Positions 48,546 to 61,359 are shown, numbered from the stretch's first letter. The stretch: DNA of 64,000 nucleotides from Octopus sinensis (GCF_006345805.1 NC_043011.1:41800464-41864463), one strand, 5' to 3'. The notes: generated by a model from the sequence alone, not told the origin. A program made the numbers and translations.

Positions 48546-49573
48546 GAAAGTGTTAGATAAGATACCTTGTGGTGTTGGCTGATGCCCTTGGTACTCTAAC
48601 AGCAACACCTATGACAACATTGGTGCCAACCTTTATATCCCTTACCCTTCCCTTTGCAATACCAATGACATGAAGAGGGGGACATTGACATGCAAGGGGC
48701 AGCTGTTGACTCTGCACAGAAACTTCACCCAACTCTGACCCATGGTGGGAGGCTTTGCATGCAGAGAAAAACATGATTTTTACCAGACATATGGTGATGA
48801 TAGCAGTGGTGGGGGAGGTCTTGTATATTTCTTTGTCGTTAGTTATTTTAACACTGTCTGTAATTAGTTATGTTAATATTAACTTAATTACAGCATAATA
48901 ATTATGTTTACATTCTGTCTTCCTTATCTAATTAACTTTCAAGCGCATGTAGTATTTGTTTGTTTTTTTTATTTCTGCAATCTTGTCTATTTTTATACAG
49001 CAATTATGTCTATTTTTTTTAAAAATATTACTTCATTTTTTTTTTGTCTATTACTTTATGTATTTCCTTAAATATTTATTTGTTTGCTTGTTTTGGCTGT
49101 GTTCCTGTAAATTATTTTTAATCACGTCTTCTCCTTAAACATTGATAGTTCCTCAAACACTTTAGTTTTGAAGTATGAGGCCAGACCTCAAAGCAAACGC
49201 TGAACTTTACACCTACACACACGCGCACGTGCTAGCACACACTTAACTGGCACAGACACAGATGCATGCATAGCCATTTCACAGACCTCTCCTGTTTCTA
49301 AGAACTGTTTCTAGCAGAGAAACTGATATCAACTTCCTTGTGTCAAACAAAATATGGAAACCAGAAAGATATTTAAAAGAATTGTGACAAGTGACACTGG
49401 CCGGGTGAGATGTTTTAATTTCAAACTTTGACAGCATTTACATACATATATATATATATATATATACTTGAATAGGTAGATACATACATACCTGCATATA
49501 TACACACATAGGGATGCATTTATGTACATACATATGTGTGTGTGTACTACATACTTACATGTGTGTGCGTGTA

Positions 49574-49609
<36 letters not shown>

Positions 49610-49621
49610 CACATATGTATG

Positions 49622-49662
<41 letters not shown>

Positions 49663-49739
49663 ACATACATACATGCATACATACATACATACATACATAC
49701 ACACACACACCACACACACACACACACACACATATCTAT

Positions 49740-49960
49740 GATTTGTGGGGGCTGAAAAGTTCCTGGCTTTAAGGGTATCGTGATAGGCTTGGTTGGTGGC
49801 CCATCCTTCTAAGTTCTTTTATAAGGTTTAGAATTACTGAAGGACCACTGCAATAAGTGTGTGAATCTGAGAGGGGAATATTTTGAATAAAATCATAATT
49901 AACTGATCCTCTTGTATTTTCTTTTACCCAAAGCCAGGAACTTTTCCACACCCTCTCATG
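49740..49960 (+). mobile_element. mariner-derived MITE
   Basis: Inverted GAAAAGTTCCTGGCT at 49754-49768 and 49932-49946; interior encodes LKDHCNKCVNLRGEY(F)E*. Second copy at 57735-57935. Confidence 0.8.
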
Positions 49961-50144
49961 TATATATATATATATTAGTAATTTGTGGTAAATCATTTTA
50001 CCTTTACCCATATAATACAGTAAATGAATTGATTGCATCGCAATCATTAACATTTATGTATTAACTTTGTTGGGTACTTCACTAGCAGTATATTGGATAT
50101 ACGTTATCCCATAGAGGGTTGCATTTACAACCCCTATCTCAATT

Positions 50145-50175
<31 letters not shown>

Positions 50176-50178
<3 letters not shown>

Positions 50179-50433
50179 ATGGCTGCCCCCTCATTATCGA
50201 GTATGGCCATTGCACGAAGCTTAACTGTTACTGGTGCTGTGATCGAATGTGACTTTTTAGCCCAGCTAAAGATCTACAATGTCTTGTACAAAATTGGCAA
50301 CTAAAACCTTTACTGGTAATAGCCGACTGTAGTTGTAACTGGGCTTCATGTACCTTTGCATGTCGTTTAAGTCCTCCTGCCAAATTACACTCTCTTCCAC
50401 ATACCCGACAGATATGATTAGTACGGTGTGTGT

Positions 50434-50436
<3 letters not shown>
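50176..50436 (-). mobile_element. RTE-type LINE 3' end encoding two C2H2-like zinc fingers
   Basis: [21 protein letters not shown] and [22 protein letters not shown], followed by a short 3' UTR shared with 12858-12905. Fused to (TA)n on both sides. Confidence 0.7.
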
Positions 50437-50492
<56 letters not shown>

Positions 50493-50503
50493 CATACATA
50501 CAT

Positions 50504-50540
<37 letters not shown>

Positions 50541-50570
50541 CATACATACATATATATATATAATATATAC

Positions 50571-50615
<45 letters not shown>

Positions 50616-50715
50616 CATACATACATACATATATATATAATATATACATACATACATACATACATTATATATATATATATATATATAATATATATATATA
50701 TATATACATACACAT
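50436..50715. repeat. (TA)n/(TACA)n compound microsatellite
   Basis: Directly visible. Confidence 0.97.
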
Positions 50716-50940
50716 GTATGTATATGCATGTGTATGTGTGTGCATTGTGTGTTTACTTATATATTTTTATATTACATTTTGTGGACAACACAGACGTAAG
50801 TTGCAGGACTCTGATGGGTCAGTCAGTGGTTCATAGTATTAACAATGGCCAGACTGGTAAGGGATTGTCTCTGCAACTCAGACAGAACAAATATCATAAA
50901 AGATTTTATTCAAACCCTCTGGTTGCTTGCTTTTTCTTAA

Positions 50941-51147
50941 CCCTTCTATCACCAACCCGGCTGAAACTGGCACTGGCTTTGAGTACAAATGTCTTGTTTT
51001 CATAAGTTTTGAATTAAAATCTTCCACCAAACCTTAGTCCTAACACTAGCTGAACGACAACTAAGTTATTTTACTAAATTCTGTGTTATATTTAAAGTAA
51101 TTGAAAGAAACACAGAGCATTTCAAAATTTATACGGTAACAAAAGGG
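50941..51147 (+). mobile_element. piggyBac-like MITE family F2
   Basis: TTAA|CCCTT ... AAAAGGG|TTAA; interior matches 41169-41390. Confidence 0.85.
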
Positions 51148-51309
51148 TTAACAATGTTTTATTTATATATATCATCATCATTTAGCATCCACTTTCCATG
51201 CTAGCATGGGTTGGACGGGTCAACTGGGGTCTGGGAAGCCAGAAGGCTGCACCTGGCCCAGTCTGATCTGGCAATGTTTCTACGGCTGGATGCCCTTCCT
51301 AACGCCAAT

Positions 51310-51342
<33 letters not shown>

Positions 51343-51671
51343 CAAATTGTGTGTGTGTGGTGAGAAGCTTGCTTCCCAATCACATGGTTCTGGGTTCAGT
51401 TCAGTCCCACTGTTTGACACCTTGGGCAAGTATCTTCTACTATGGCCCCTGGTTAACTAAAGCTTTGTGAGTTGGTTTGGTAGACAGACACTGAAAGGAT
51501 CCCGCCATACATATGTATGTTTGTGTATATATATATATGTTTGTGTATCAGATGTTGCTACACATCGCTGGTCACAATGTACTTGCATTGTTTTAGCCTT
51601 CGAATGACAGACACTGAAAGGACCTCGCCATACATATGTATATATGTATGTTTGTGTATATATATATATAT

Positions 51672-51937
51672 CATGCGATCACGTGACTGACCAGGCTATC
51701 AGATGTTGCTACACATCGCTGGTCACAATGTATTGGCTAAGCAAGCCGGCCAACAGAAGAAAGAGTGAGAGAAAGAGTGATGAAAGAGTACAGCAGGGAT
51801 CACCACCCCCTGCCGGAGCCTCATGGAGCTTTTAGGTGTTTTCGCTCAATAAACACTCACAACGCCCGATGTGGGAATTGAAACCGTGATCCTACGACCG
51901 TGAGTCCGCTGCCCTAACCACCAGGCCATTGCACCTC

Positions 51938-51938
<1 letters not shown>
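51672..51938 (-). mobile_element. SINE family D, alternative-tail variant
   Basis: Same head as 22394, but the tail (GACCAGGCTATCAGATG) is as in 53842-54132. Confidence 0.8.
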
Positions 51939-51976
<38 letters not shown>

Positions 51977-53374
51977 ATTGTTGGTGTGATCATTCTTTTA
52001 ATGTCCATGTTTGCATGGCTCACAGAGAATATCTGTTGAGAAAGGTTTTTCTATGGCTGAATGCCCTTCCTGTTGCCAAACTTCACCTGTTTTCAAACAA
52101 GACAATATTTCTCCTAATCCAATTGAACACAAACAGTACAATGACCAGATATGTTTTCATGGCAGATGGCAAACAAACAACACCACTTGTATGAGGGTGA
52201 TGTTCGTTTACAGTTAGCACATGATGTCAAGACAAGGAGACGTTAACACACACACACACATGCATGCATATGCACACGCACACACACACACATGTATGCA
52301 CATATTCATATATGATGGGCTTCTTTCAGTTTCCATCTTGCAAATCCAGTTATAAGGCCTTGTTTGGCCTGAAGCTGTAGTAGAAGACACTACTTATGCA
52401 AGGTCCCTCACAGTGAGATTGAACCTGAAACATTTTAGTTGGAAAGCAAGCTTCTTAACCACACAGCTGTGGCTGTGTTTGATATCACATATATGTATGC
52501 ACATACACATACATACATGCATACACACACAAGACTTTCTTCAAAGCCATATACAGATATGTATGTATGAACACACACACACACATGCATATATATACAT
52601 ACACAATGGGCTTCTTTTAGTTTCTGTTTATGAAAGTCACTCACAAGGCTTTGGTCAGCCTGGGACTACAGCAGAAGATGCTTGCCCAAGATACCCCATA
52701 TTGGAGCTGAACCAGGAACAATGTGGTTGGGAAGCAACCACATTGTTCCTTACCTCTCTTTACATTTTGAGATCACCTTTGCTTTCCATCCTTTTGGGGG
52801 TCGATAAAATACCAGTCATGTACTGGGGTTGATGTAATTGAAAACCCCTCCTCTCAAGATTGCTCGGCCTTGTGCCAAAATTAGAAAGAGTTATCTATTG
52901 AAGTCAGTAGGTTTGCAGAATCAGTTTTCTCACGCTTTGAATCAGTTTGTTTCGGATCTTTACATTGTGAGTTCAAATCCCACCAAGGAAAACTTTTTAA
53001 TTTTAGAAATTTATTAATTTATTTTAGATAAAAATTCTTCAACGTTTCATGTGGATGTTACTGTTGGGAATTGATTTATTCCTGTAATTGTTGAATGGTT
53101 TACCTCGGAACAGAATAGAGTGGCTTTTGGAAAGAGTGTTTTCATAACCTACATCTGTGTATGTAATATATTCATGTATACACACCCGTCTTTATATCCA
53201 TATATCTATATGTGGTACATGTGTGTGTGTGTGTGTGTATTATATAATGAAGCTATTGTATGCAGTGCTCAGGTGCTGCTCTACTGCTCATTAGAAAAAG
53301 CAACCAAAACTGCAGTGAAGAGAATACGCACAGGAAGTGAACAGTGAGAAAGTCTTAACAAAAAAAAAGTATTG

Positions 53375-53840
53375 AAATATATACATCTATGTGTATGTAT
53401 GTGTATGTGTATGTATGTGTGTGTGTGTGTATGTGTGTGTATATATATATGTATGTATGTATATGTATGTATATATACATATTATATACATATATGTATG
53501 TATGTATATGTATACATATGTATGTATATATACATATATGTATGTATGTATATATATGTATGCATATGTATGTATATATATGTATGCATATGTATGTATG
53601 TATATATATGTATGCATATGTATATATATATATATAATATATGGATATATGCATGTGTATATGTATACACATCCATGTATATATACATATTATATACATA
53701 TATGTATGTATGTATATATGCATATATAGGTATGTATATGTGTATGTATATATATATATATACATGTATTATATATGTGTATACATATGTATGTATATAT
53801 ATGCATATATATGTATGTATATGTGTATGTATATATGATA
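53375..53840. repeat. (TA/TG/TATG)n compound microsatellite, about 460 bp
   Basis: Directly visible; source of many Y/I/C/M/V ORFs. Confidence 0.97.
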
Positions 53841-53841
53841 C

Positions 53842-54132
53842 TGTGATACCGTGACCGACCAGGCTATCAGATGTTGCTACACATGGCTGGTCACAATGGG
53901 CTTCGCATTGTTTTAGCCTTCAAATGACGCCACCCCGCTGGCCAAGCGAGCAAGTCAACAGAAGAAAGAGTGAGAGAAAGTTGTGGCGAAAGAGTACAGC
54001 AGGGATCGCCACCAACCTCTGCCGGAGCTTCGTGGAGCTTCAGGTGTTTTCGCTCAATGAACACTCACAACGCCCGGTCTGGGAATCAAAACCGCGAGTT
54101 CACTGCCCTAACCACTGGGCCATTGCGCCTCC
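53842..54132 (-). mobile_element. SINE family D, alternative-tail variant
   Basis: Head ends CATTGCGCCTCC as in 22394. Confidence 0.85.
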
Positions 54133-54323
54133 ACATATATGTATATATATATGTTTATATATACATGTAAGTGTTATATTATGTGTATATATATATATAT
54201 AGATATATATATATATATATGGGTGTTGTGTTTGTATGTATATGTCTATATATATGTCTGTGTGTGTGTCTATGTATATATGTGTCTATATGTGTGTGTG
54301 TCTGTATATATATATATATAAAA

Positions 54324-54355
<32 letters not shown>

Positions 54356-54729
54356 AAATCTTTGTATGCAAATGCGTAGGATTGTGTCTCTGTACGAGTT
54401 AGTACATTCTGAAGTATGTACATGTGAATAAAATTTCATTTACAAGGTCTTGTATATGCGTTTGTTGGTGTGTGTATAATTAACAGGTGCATACACACAC
54501 TCATGCATATAAACATATACACTCACATACTCGTAAATATAAACATATATGCACACACACACATATATGTGTGACTGACAGGAACTTGTAATAACTAGAT
54601 GTGGGGGTCAATTCTGTCAACCTTTCAACTGCCAAGAATGACATTTTTATTGTTTTTGTTTTTTATATATTTTATTTTTAGAGTATTTCCCCCTCTCTCT
54701 TTCTCTATGTATATACATATATATATATG

Positions 54730-54787
<58 letters not shown>

Positions 54788-55439
54788 TGACTGTGGGTGT
54801 AACTATGTATGTGTAACATGGAGCAGTAGTAATAGTGGTGTTGATAGTAGTAGGAGTAGCAGCAGCAGTTGTGTTGGTAGTTGTGGTGGTAGCAGCAGCA
54901 GCAGTAGTTGCAGAGTGGAGCTTACGGTAACAACAATGCAAGTCAAGAGACAGAACTGTGGAATAACTTTTATTTCTGAGGAATTGGTGAAGGAATTGTT
55001 GTTGGCTGTCTTTGACTTGAAAACCTCTTCCACCGTAACACTGTGTCCGAACATAAACACACACATACATAAATACACATATACATAAACCCATAAAATA
55101 TACATACATACACACCCATACATATACTTGTGTGTATATATATATATATATATATATTTACATTATATATATTATATGTATGTTAAAATAGTCTTGATAT
55201 TATTTGCAAGAATGACAGGAAAATACAGGAACTCTGATCTTAGATTTCTGAATATGGTAAATATTTTTGAATGGAGTTTTGTTTTTGTTTTCCTTTTTTC
55301 TTTGTTTGGCCTGCTTTTCTGTCTTTGTATAACCTGTATGTGTGTGTGTGTGGTCATATATCATTCAATACGTAATACACACATGCGCTCATGTATATAA
55401 TTTTGTTCTACATACCAACAGTGAAAAGAAACCGAATGA

Positions 55440-55472
<33 letters not shown>

Positions 55473-55675
55473 ATAAATATTTGAGGGAATATTAATCCTA
55501 ACTTACAGGGAAAAATTCAATTTAGAAATACTAAATCGAATTTCACACAATATAATAAATATATATATAAAAATTAGAAAAAACCACCTTTAATCAATTC
55601 AAAATGAACAATTAAATTACACCATCTAGAAAATTACATATAATAGAAATATTAAAATTAAAATAACAATAATAA

Positions 55676-56077
55676 GCGCAGGAGTGGCTGTGTGGTAAGT
55701 AGCTTTTTTACCAACCACATGGTTCCGGGTTCAGTCCCACTGCATGGCACCTTGGGCAAGTGTCTTCTACTATAACCTCGGGCTGACCAAAGCCTTGTGA
55801 GTGGATTTGGTAGACGGAAACTGAAAGAAGCCTGTCGTATATATGTATATATATGCATGTGTGTGTTTGTGTGTCTGTGTTTGTCCCCCTAGCATTGCTT
55901 GAGAACCGATGCTGGTGTGTTTATGTCCCCGTTACTTAGCGGTTTGGCAAAAGAGACCGATAGAATAAGTACTGGGCTTACAAAAGAATAAGTCCCGGGG
56001 TTGAGTTGCTCGATTAAAGGCGGTGCTCCAGCATGGCCGCAGTCAAAAGACTGAAACAAGTATAAGAGTAAAAGAGA
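55676..56077 (+). mobile_element. SINE family A, well preserved, inserted in a foldback element
   Basis: GCGCAGGAGTGGCTGTGTGG head to AAAAGAG tail. Confidence 0.93.
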
Positions 56078-56935
56078 ATATACTGATGATTAAGTAAATT
56101 GCAAAAAAATAATAAAAACGTATATAATTGGTAGAATAAAATTATATACGTTTTTATTATTTTTTTGCAATTTACTTAATCATTGGTGTATTATTGTTAT
56201 TTTAATTTTAATATTTCTATTATATGTAATTTTCTAGATGGTGTAATTTAATTGTTCATTTTGAATTGATTAAAGGTGGTTTTTTCTAATTTATATATAT
56301 GTATATAGAACTCCTTTGGTTATGACGACGAGGGTCCCAGCTGATTCGATCAATGGAACAGCTTCCTTGTGAAGTTAACGTGCATGTAGCTGAGCACTCC
56401 ACAGATATATGTACCCTTAACATAGTTCTCTGGGGGATTCAGTGTGACACAGAGTGTGACAAGGCTGGCCCTTTCAAATACAGCTAGAACTCATTTTTGC
56501 CAGCTGAGTCAACTGGAGCAACATGAAATAAATCGTTTTACAATCGTGAGCTGAATGCCCTGACCACTAAGCCACGCACCTTCACTTATGTGTGTGTGTG
56601 TGTGTGCCCACGGACACACACTTATTTGTTGCAAATCGCATTATATATCGTCTTCGTTATCATTACCATTTTCAACATCCAGTTTTCCATGCCGGCATGG
56701 ATTGGACAGAGTTTATTGAGGCAAATTTTCTACAGCTACATGTTGCTGACCTTCACCTGTTTCCTAACAAGGTAATATTCACCCATGGCCAGACATGTTC
56801 TATGCAGAAAACTGGAAAGGAATGACACTGCTTGTATGCAAGTGACACTCATTTACAGCTGTCATGCAATGTCAAGACATGGAGACACTCACATGCACAC
56901 ACACACACACTCACATGATCACACACATATACTTA

Positions 56936-56942
<7 letters not shown>

Positions 56943-56989
<47 letters not shown>

Positions 56990-57078
56990 TGTGTACAGTG
57001 CTCAGGTGCACTACAACTCATCTAAAGTGTATATATAATCAGGTGTAGTTTCGGCGGATTTCGGAAAGCATGAGGGCC
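56943..57078 (-). mobile_element. CR1 family 2, extreme 3' end with long (ATT)n tail
   Basis: Nearly identical to 13786-13900. Confidence 0.9.
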
Positions 57079-57361
57079 TATATATTCACACACACTCACA
57101 TTCACATGTTCACACACTTCTACTTATACACACACACACATTTATCGATGTATGATGGGTTTCTACTGAATTTCTTCTCAAGGATTTGGTTGACCAGGAC
57201 TATGATAAAAGACAGTTTCCCAAATTGGCATGCAGTGGGATTGAACTTAAAACCATGCTGTTGCAAAGCAAACTTCTTGCCCACACTTCCACACCTGTAC
57301 CTCTGCACAACCATATATAATATATATATATATATATTATATATACACACACACAATATAT

Positions 57362-57393
<32 letters not shown>

Positions 57394-57652
57394 ATATAGA
57401 ATATATATATATGCTATAATAAAATATAGGGAATAAATCCAAACTTACAGGGAAAAATCAGATTTAGGATTGAATCAATTTTATAGTAAAATATTATATT
57501 ATATTAAATTAGAGACAAAACCACTATTAGGCAAATCAAAAACAATGAAAGACTTAAGCCAATACATATGATTAATTTATATTATTTAAATATGTAACAA
57601 TTATTAAAAAATATAATTAATAATTATATATATATATAATATAATTAATAAT

Positions 57653-57692
<40 letters not shown>

Positions 57693-58006
57693 CATATATA
57701 TATATATATAACACACACACACAAACACAAACACACGGGGTGCTTAAGGGTATTGCGAAAGGTCTGTTGGAGGCCCAACATTCTAAGTTCTTTTACAGGC
57801 TTTAGAAAAACTGAAGGATCATTGCAATAAGTGTGTGAATCTGAGAGGGGAATATGTTGAATATAATCATTATTAACTGATCCTCCTGTATTTTCTTTTA
57901 CCCACAGCCAGGAACTTTTCAGTAACCCCTCACGTGTGTGTGTGTGTGTGTGGATGTGTATTTATAGTTTCTCTGTGCTTTCCTCAATTATTGTCATTTA
58001 TAATAA

Positions 58007-59410
58007 TAATGAAATTATTGTATACAGTGCTCAGGTGCACCACAACTTGTCAGAAAGTGCGTATAAAGCATATGCAGTAATGTACAAATGTCTGGAAAGC
58101 GAACAATGTATGAGTCAGATACATGCTTGTGTGTGTATGGAGGGGAGAAAATCAGGTGTAGTGTTGGCGAATCTCAGAAAGCATGGAAGTTTTGAAGGAT
58201 GCAGTGCTCCGACAACTAACAACTGATGCTGGCAGTTTGTTCCATGCTTCAGCAACTCTCAGCGTGAAAAATTGTTTCCTAAAGCCATGGGGGCTGTGCT
58301 GTTTTCTGACTTTGTAAATATGTCCACGGGTGTTAGACGGGTGGAGTTTGAAAAGGTGCTCAGAGTTATTGTTTGTAAGATAGTTAATAATTTTATGGGT
58401 GTCTGCCAAGTCAGTTACCAGACGTCGGAGTTTCAATGTGTCCATGCCCAGGGAAGTAAGGCGTTCAGAATATGGCAAATGCCTGATTAAATAATAATAA
58501 TAATAATTGTGTACAGTGCTCAGGTGCACTACAACTCATCTAAAGTGTATATATAATCAGGTGTAGTTTCGACGGATTTCGGGAAGCATGAGGGCCTTAA
58601 AGGATGCAGTGTCATGGCAGTCAACAACTGATGCAGGCAGTTTATTCCACGCTTCAGCAACCCTGAGCGTGAAAAAATGTTTCCGAAGTCATGGGAGCTG
58701 TGCTGTTTTCTGACTTTGTAGGCATGTCCACATGTGTAGACACATGGAGATCAAAAAGGTGTTCAGTGTTGTTGTTGGTGAGGTGGTGATAACCTTGTGG
58801 GTGTTTACCAAGTCTGTCGCCAGACGCCGGAGCTTCAGTGAATCCATGCCAGGGAAACAAGGCGCTCAGAATATGGTAGGTGTCTGATGGAGGGTATGCG
58901 TTTGGTTGCACGTCTCTGGACAGATTCAGGAGGTCAATGTTCTGAGCAAGATAGGGATTCCAAACTGATGATGTGAATTCCAAGTGTGGTCGTACCATAG
59001 CTGTATACAGTTTTAAATAGATGGCTGGAGAGCGGCTAACAAAAGTCTTGCTGAGTGATGCCAAGACACCCTCGGCCTTCTTGACAATTTTAGAGATATG
59101 CTTTGTCCAACGCAAATCACTGCTGACAGTGATGCCTAGGTCACGCTCGCAAGAGGATTTCTTGATAGAGGGTATTCGTTTGGTTGCATGTCGCTGAACG
59201 GCTTCCAGATGATTAATATCCTGGGCAAGATAGGGGTTCCAGACCGGTGATGCAAATTCCAGTGGGGTCTTACCATAGCTATATAAAGCAGCAGATAGAT
59301 AGCCAGAGAGGGGCTCACAAAGGACTTGGTGAGTGATGCCAAAACACCCTCAGCCTTCTTGGCAATTTTAGCGATGTGTTTTGTCCAACGCAAATCGCTA
59401 ATGGATATTT
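58007..59410 (-). mobile_element. Older CR1 family 2 subfamily copy (58007-58487 plus 59167-59410) interrupted by a young copy (58488-59166)
   Basis: Removing the insert restores ATKRIPS|IRHLPYSER. Confidence 0.9.
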
Positions 59411-59595
59411 CAAGTGCATTTAGATGCTCAGCCACAAAAGATCTTCAGAGAACACTTTACTGCATCAAATTACATGTAACTACATATATATAGATACACA
59501 CACACATACACACAGGTATGTATACATATATATATATATATATATATATTTGTATTTATTTCGATATATATATATATATAATATATATATATTAC

Positions 59596-59629
<34 letters not shown>

Positions 59630-60554
59630 TGTCATTGAGACCCAAAGGTGTCAGGTAATGCTGAATAAGTGCTATAGACAGACCTTAGTTAAGTTCCAGA
59701 TTCAGTAATATTGCGAATAAATGGTTCAACATTGGTTCTGTCAGCTTTTTGCATAATAAGATAAAAAACCAAGGCTGTAGAGATATTAGAGCTGTAAGAC
59801 CTTCTATCTATAAATGCTCTAATATCTATAAAGCTTTGGGTTTTTTTATCTTATTATGCAAAAAAATTCTTATACATATATATATATATATAAATATTAA
59901 ATTTCTAAATATCTCATAGAGATATGTCCGGTGGTGGGGCGATAGAATGGTTGTATATGTCAATTTAACGTGACAGTAGAGGATTACATCCCCTACTGTC
60001 ACGTTAAATTGACAGTATACAACCATTCTATATATATATATATTTGTATTTATATATATATAAATGTGCAGGTGGCACGTAAAAAACACCCACTACACTC
60101 ACGGAGTGGTTGGCGTTAGGAAGGGCATCCAGCCATAGAAACACTGCCAGATCTGACTGGGCCTGACGAAGCCTTCCAGCTTCACAGACCCCAGTTGAAC
60201 CGTCCAACCCATGCTAGCATGGAAAGCGGACGCTAAATGATGATGATGATGATGATATATATATATAAATACAAAATTCAGGAATGGAGTAGATAGAATC
60301 CAGGTTACATGTTTCATAGCCAGCAGAACCTCAGAAGTAATAATTATCCAAATGAGGGTTACCCTGCTAGCTACTCAAGCACTAATTACTACTTATGTAG
60401 TAAGTTCCGCTCACTATGAAACATATGTTGCCTGGATTTTATCTTCTCCATTCCCTAAATTTGGATTTCTATTTGCATTTACATCAACCCCTGCTGCTAA
60501 CCATGAACTATAAAACAATTCTTTCAGCTTATCAAACTTTGATACTCGAAAAAT

Positions 60555-60672
60555 TTACAACTTTCTATTCAATAAACTACTATTGTTCCTGGAAGTTTTT
60601 TCCTATTCCTTCTACGGATTGCTCAAAGCCTAATAACTTCCTACACCTTGATCCTTGGATCTTACTTTTAAT

Positions 60673-60709
<37 letters not shown>

Positions 60710-61095
60710 AAATAAGGGCAAAATAAAAATTCTAATGCTAAATATGCCGAAAAAAAGCCAAAATTGTCAATAACCATTATAATTTATGCATCTCGAAACA
60801 AACCGATAGAAATTTCTAAAAACGGACTTTTTAGAAATTTCTATCGGTGTTTCGAGATGCATAAATTATAATGGTTATTGACAATTTTTGGCTTTTTTTC
60901 GGCATATTTGGCATTAGAATTTTATTTTGCCCTTATTTTGTATAATATATATATATATAATATATATATTATACTATGTAAAAGTAAGATCAAGGATCAA
61001 GGTGTAGGAAGTTATTAGGCTTTGAGCAATCCGTAGAAGGAATAGGAAAAAACTTCCAGGAACAATAGTAGTTTATTGAATAGAAAGTTGTAAGT
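60555..61095. repeat. Large palindrome, arms of about 270 bp each containing a (TA)n tract
   Basis: Inner arms 60708-60822 and 60828-60945, loop CGGAC. Outer arms 60555-60672 and 60978-61095. Confidence 0.9.
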
Positions 61096-61120
61096 TGTAT
61101 ATATATATATATATATATAT

Positions 61121-61322
61121 GGTAATGCTGCAACGAGTAGAAAAGCACATGATCAGCTAAGAGAGTAAACCACAAAACGTTTTGCTTTCAGTTTTATAGA
61201 TGGAGAATAAATTAGTATTTCAACTAGGAAACCCTGTGTAGCTATTTGCAAGATTTGTGATTTTTAATGTAAGATCGTGTGTGTGTGTATGTCTGTATGT
61301 ATATCTATATATATATATATAT

Positions 61323-61359
<37 letters not shown>

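Noticed and set aside
53355-54439. Many Y/I/C/M/V or H/T/Y ORFs (also 23-24, 45, 49-50 and 57 kb)
   Set aside because: (TA/TG/CA)n microsatellites lack stops in some frames.
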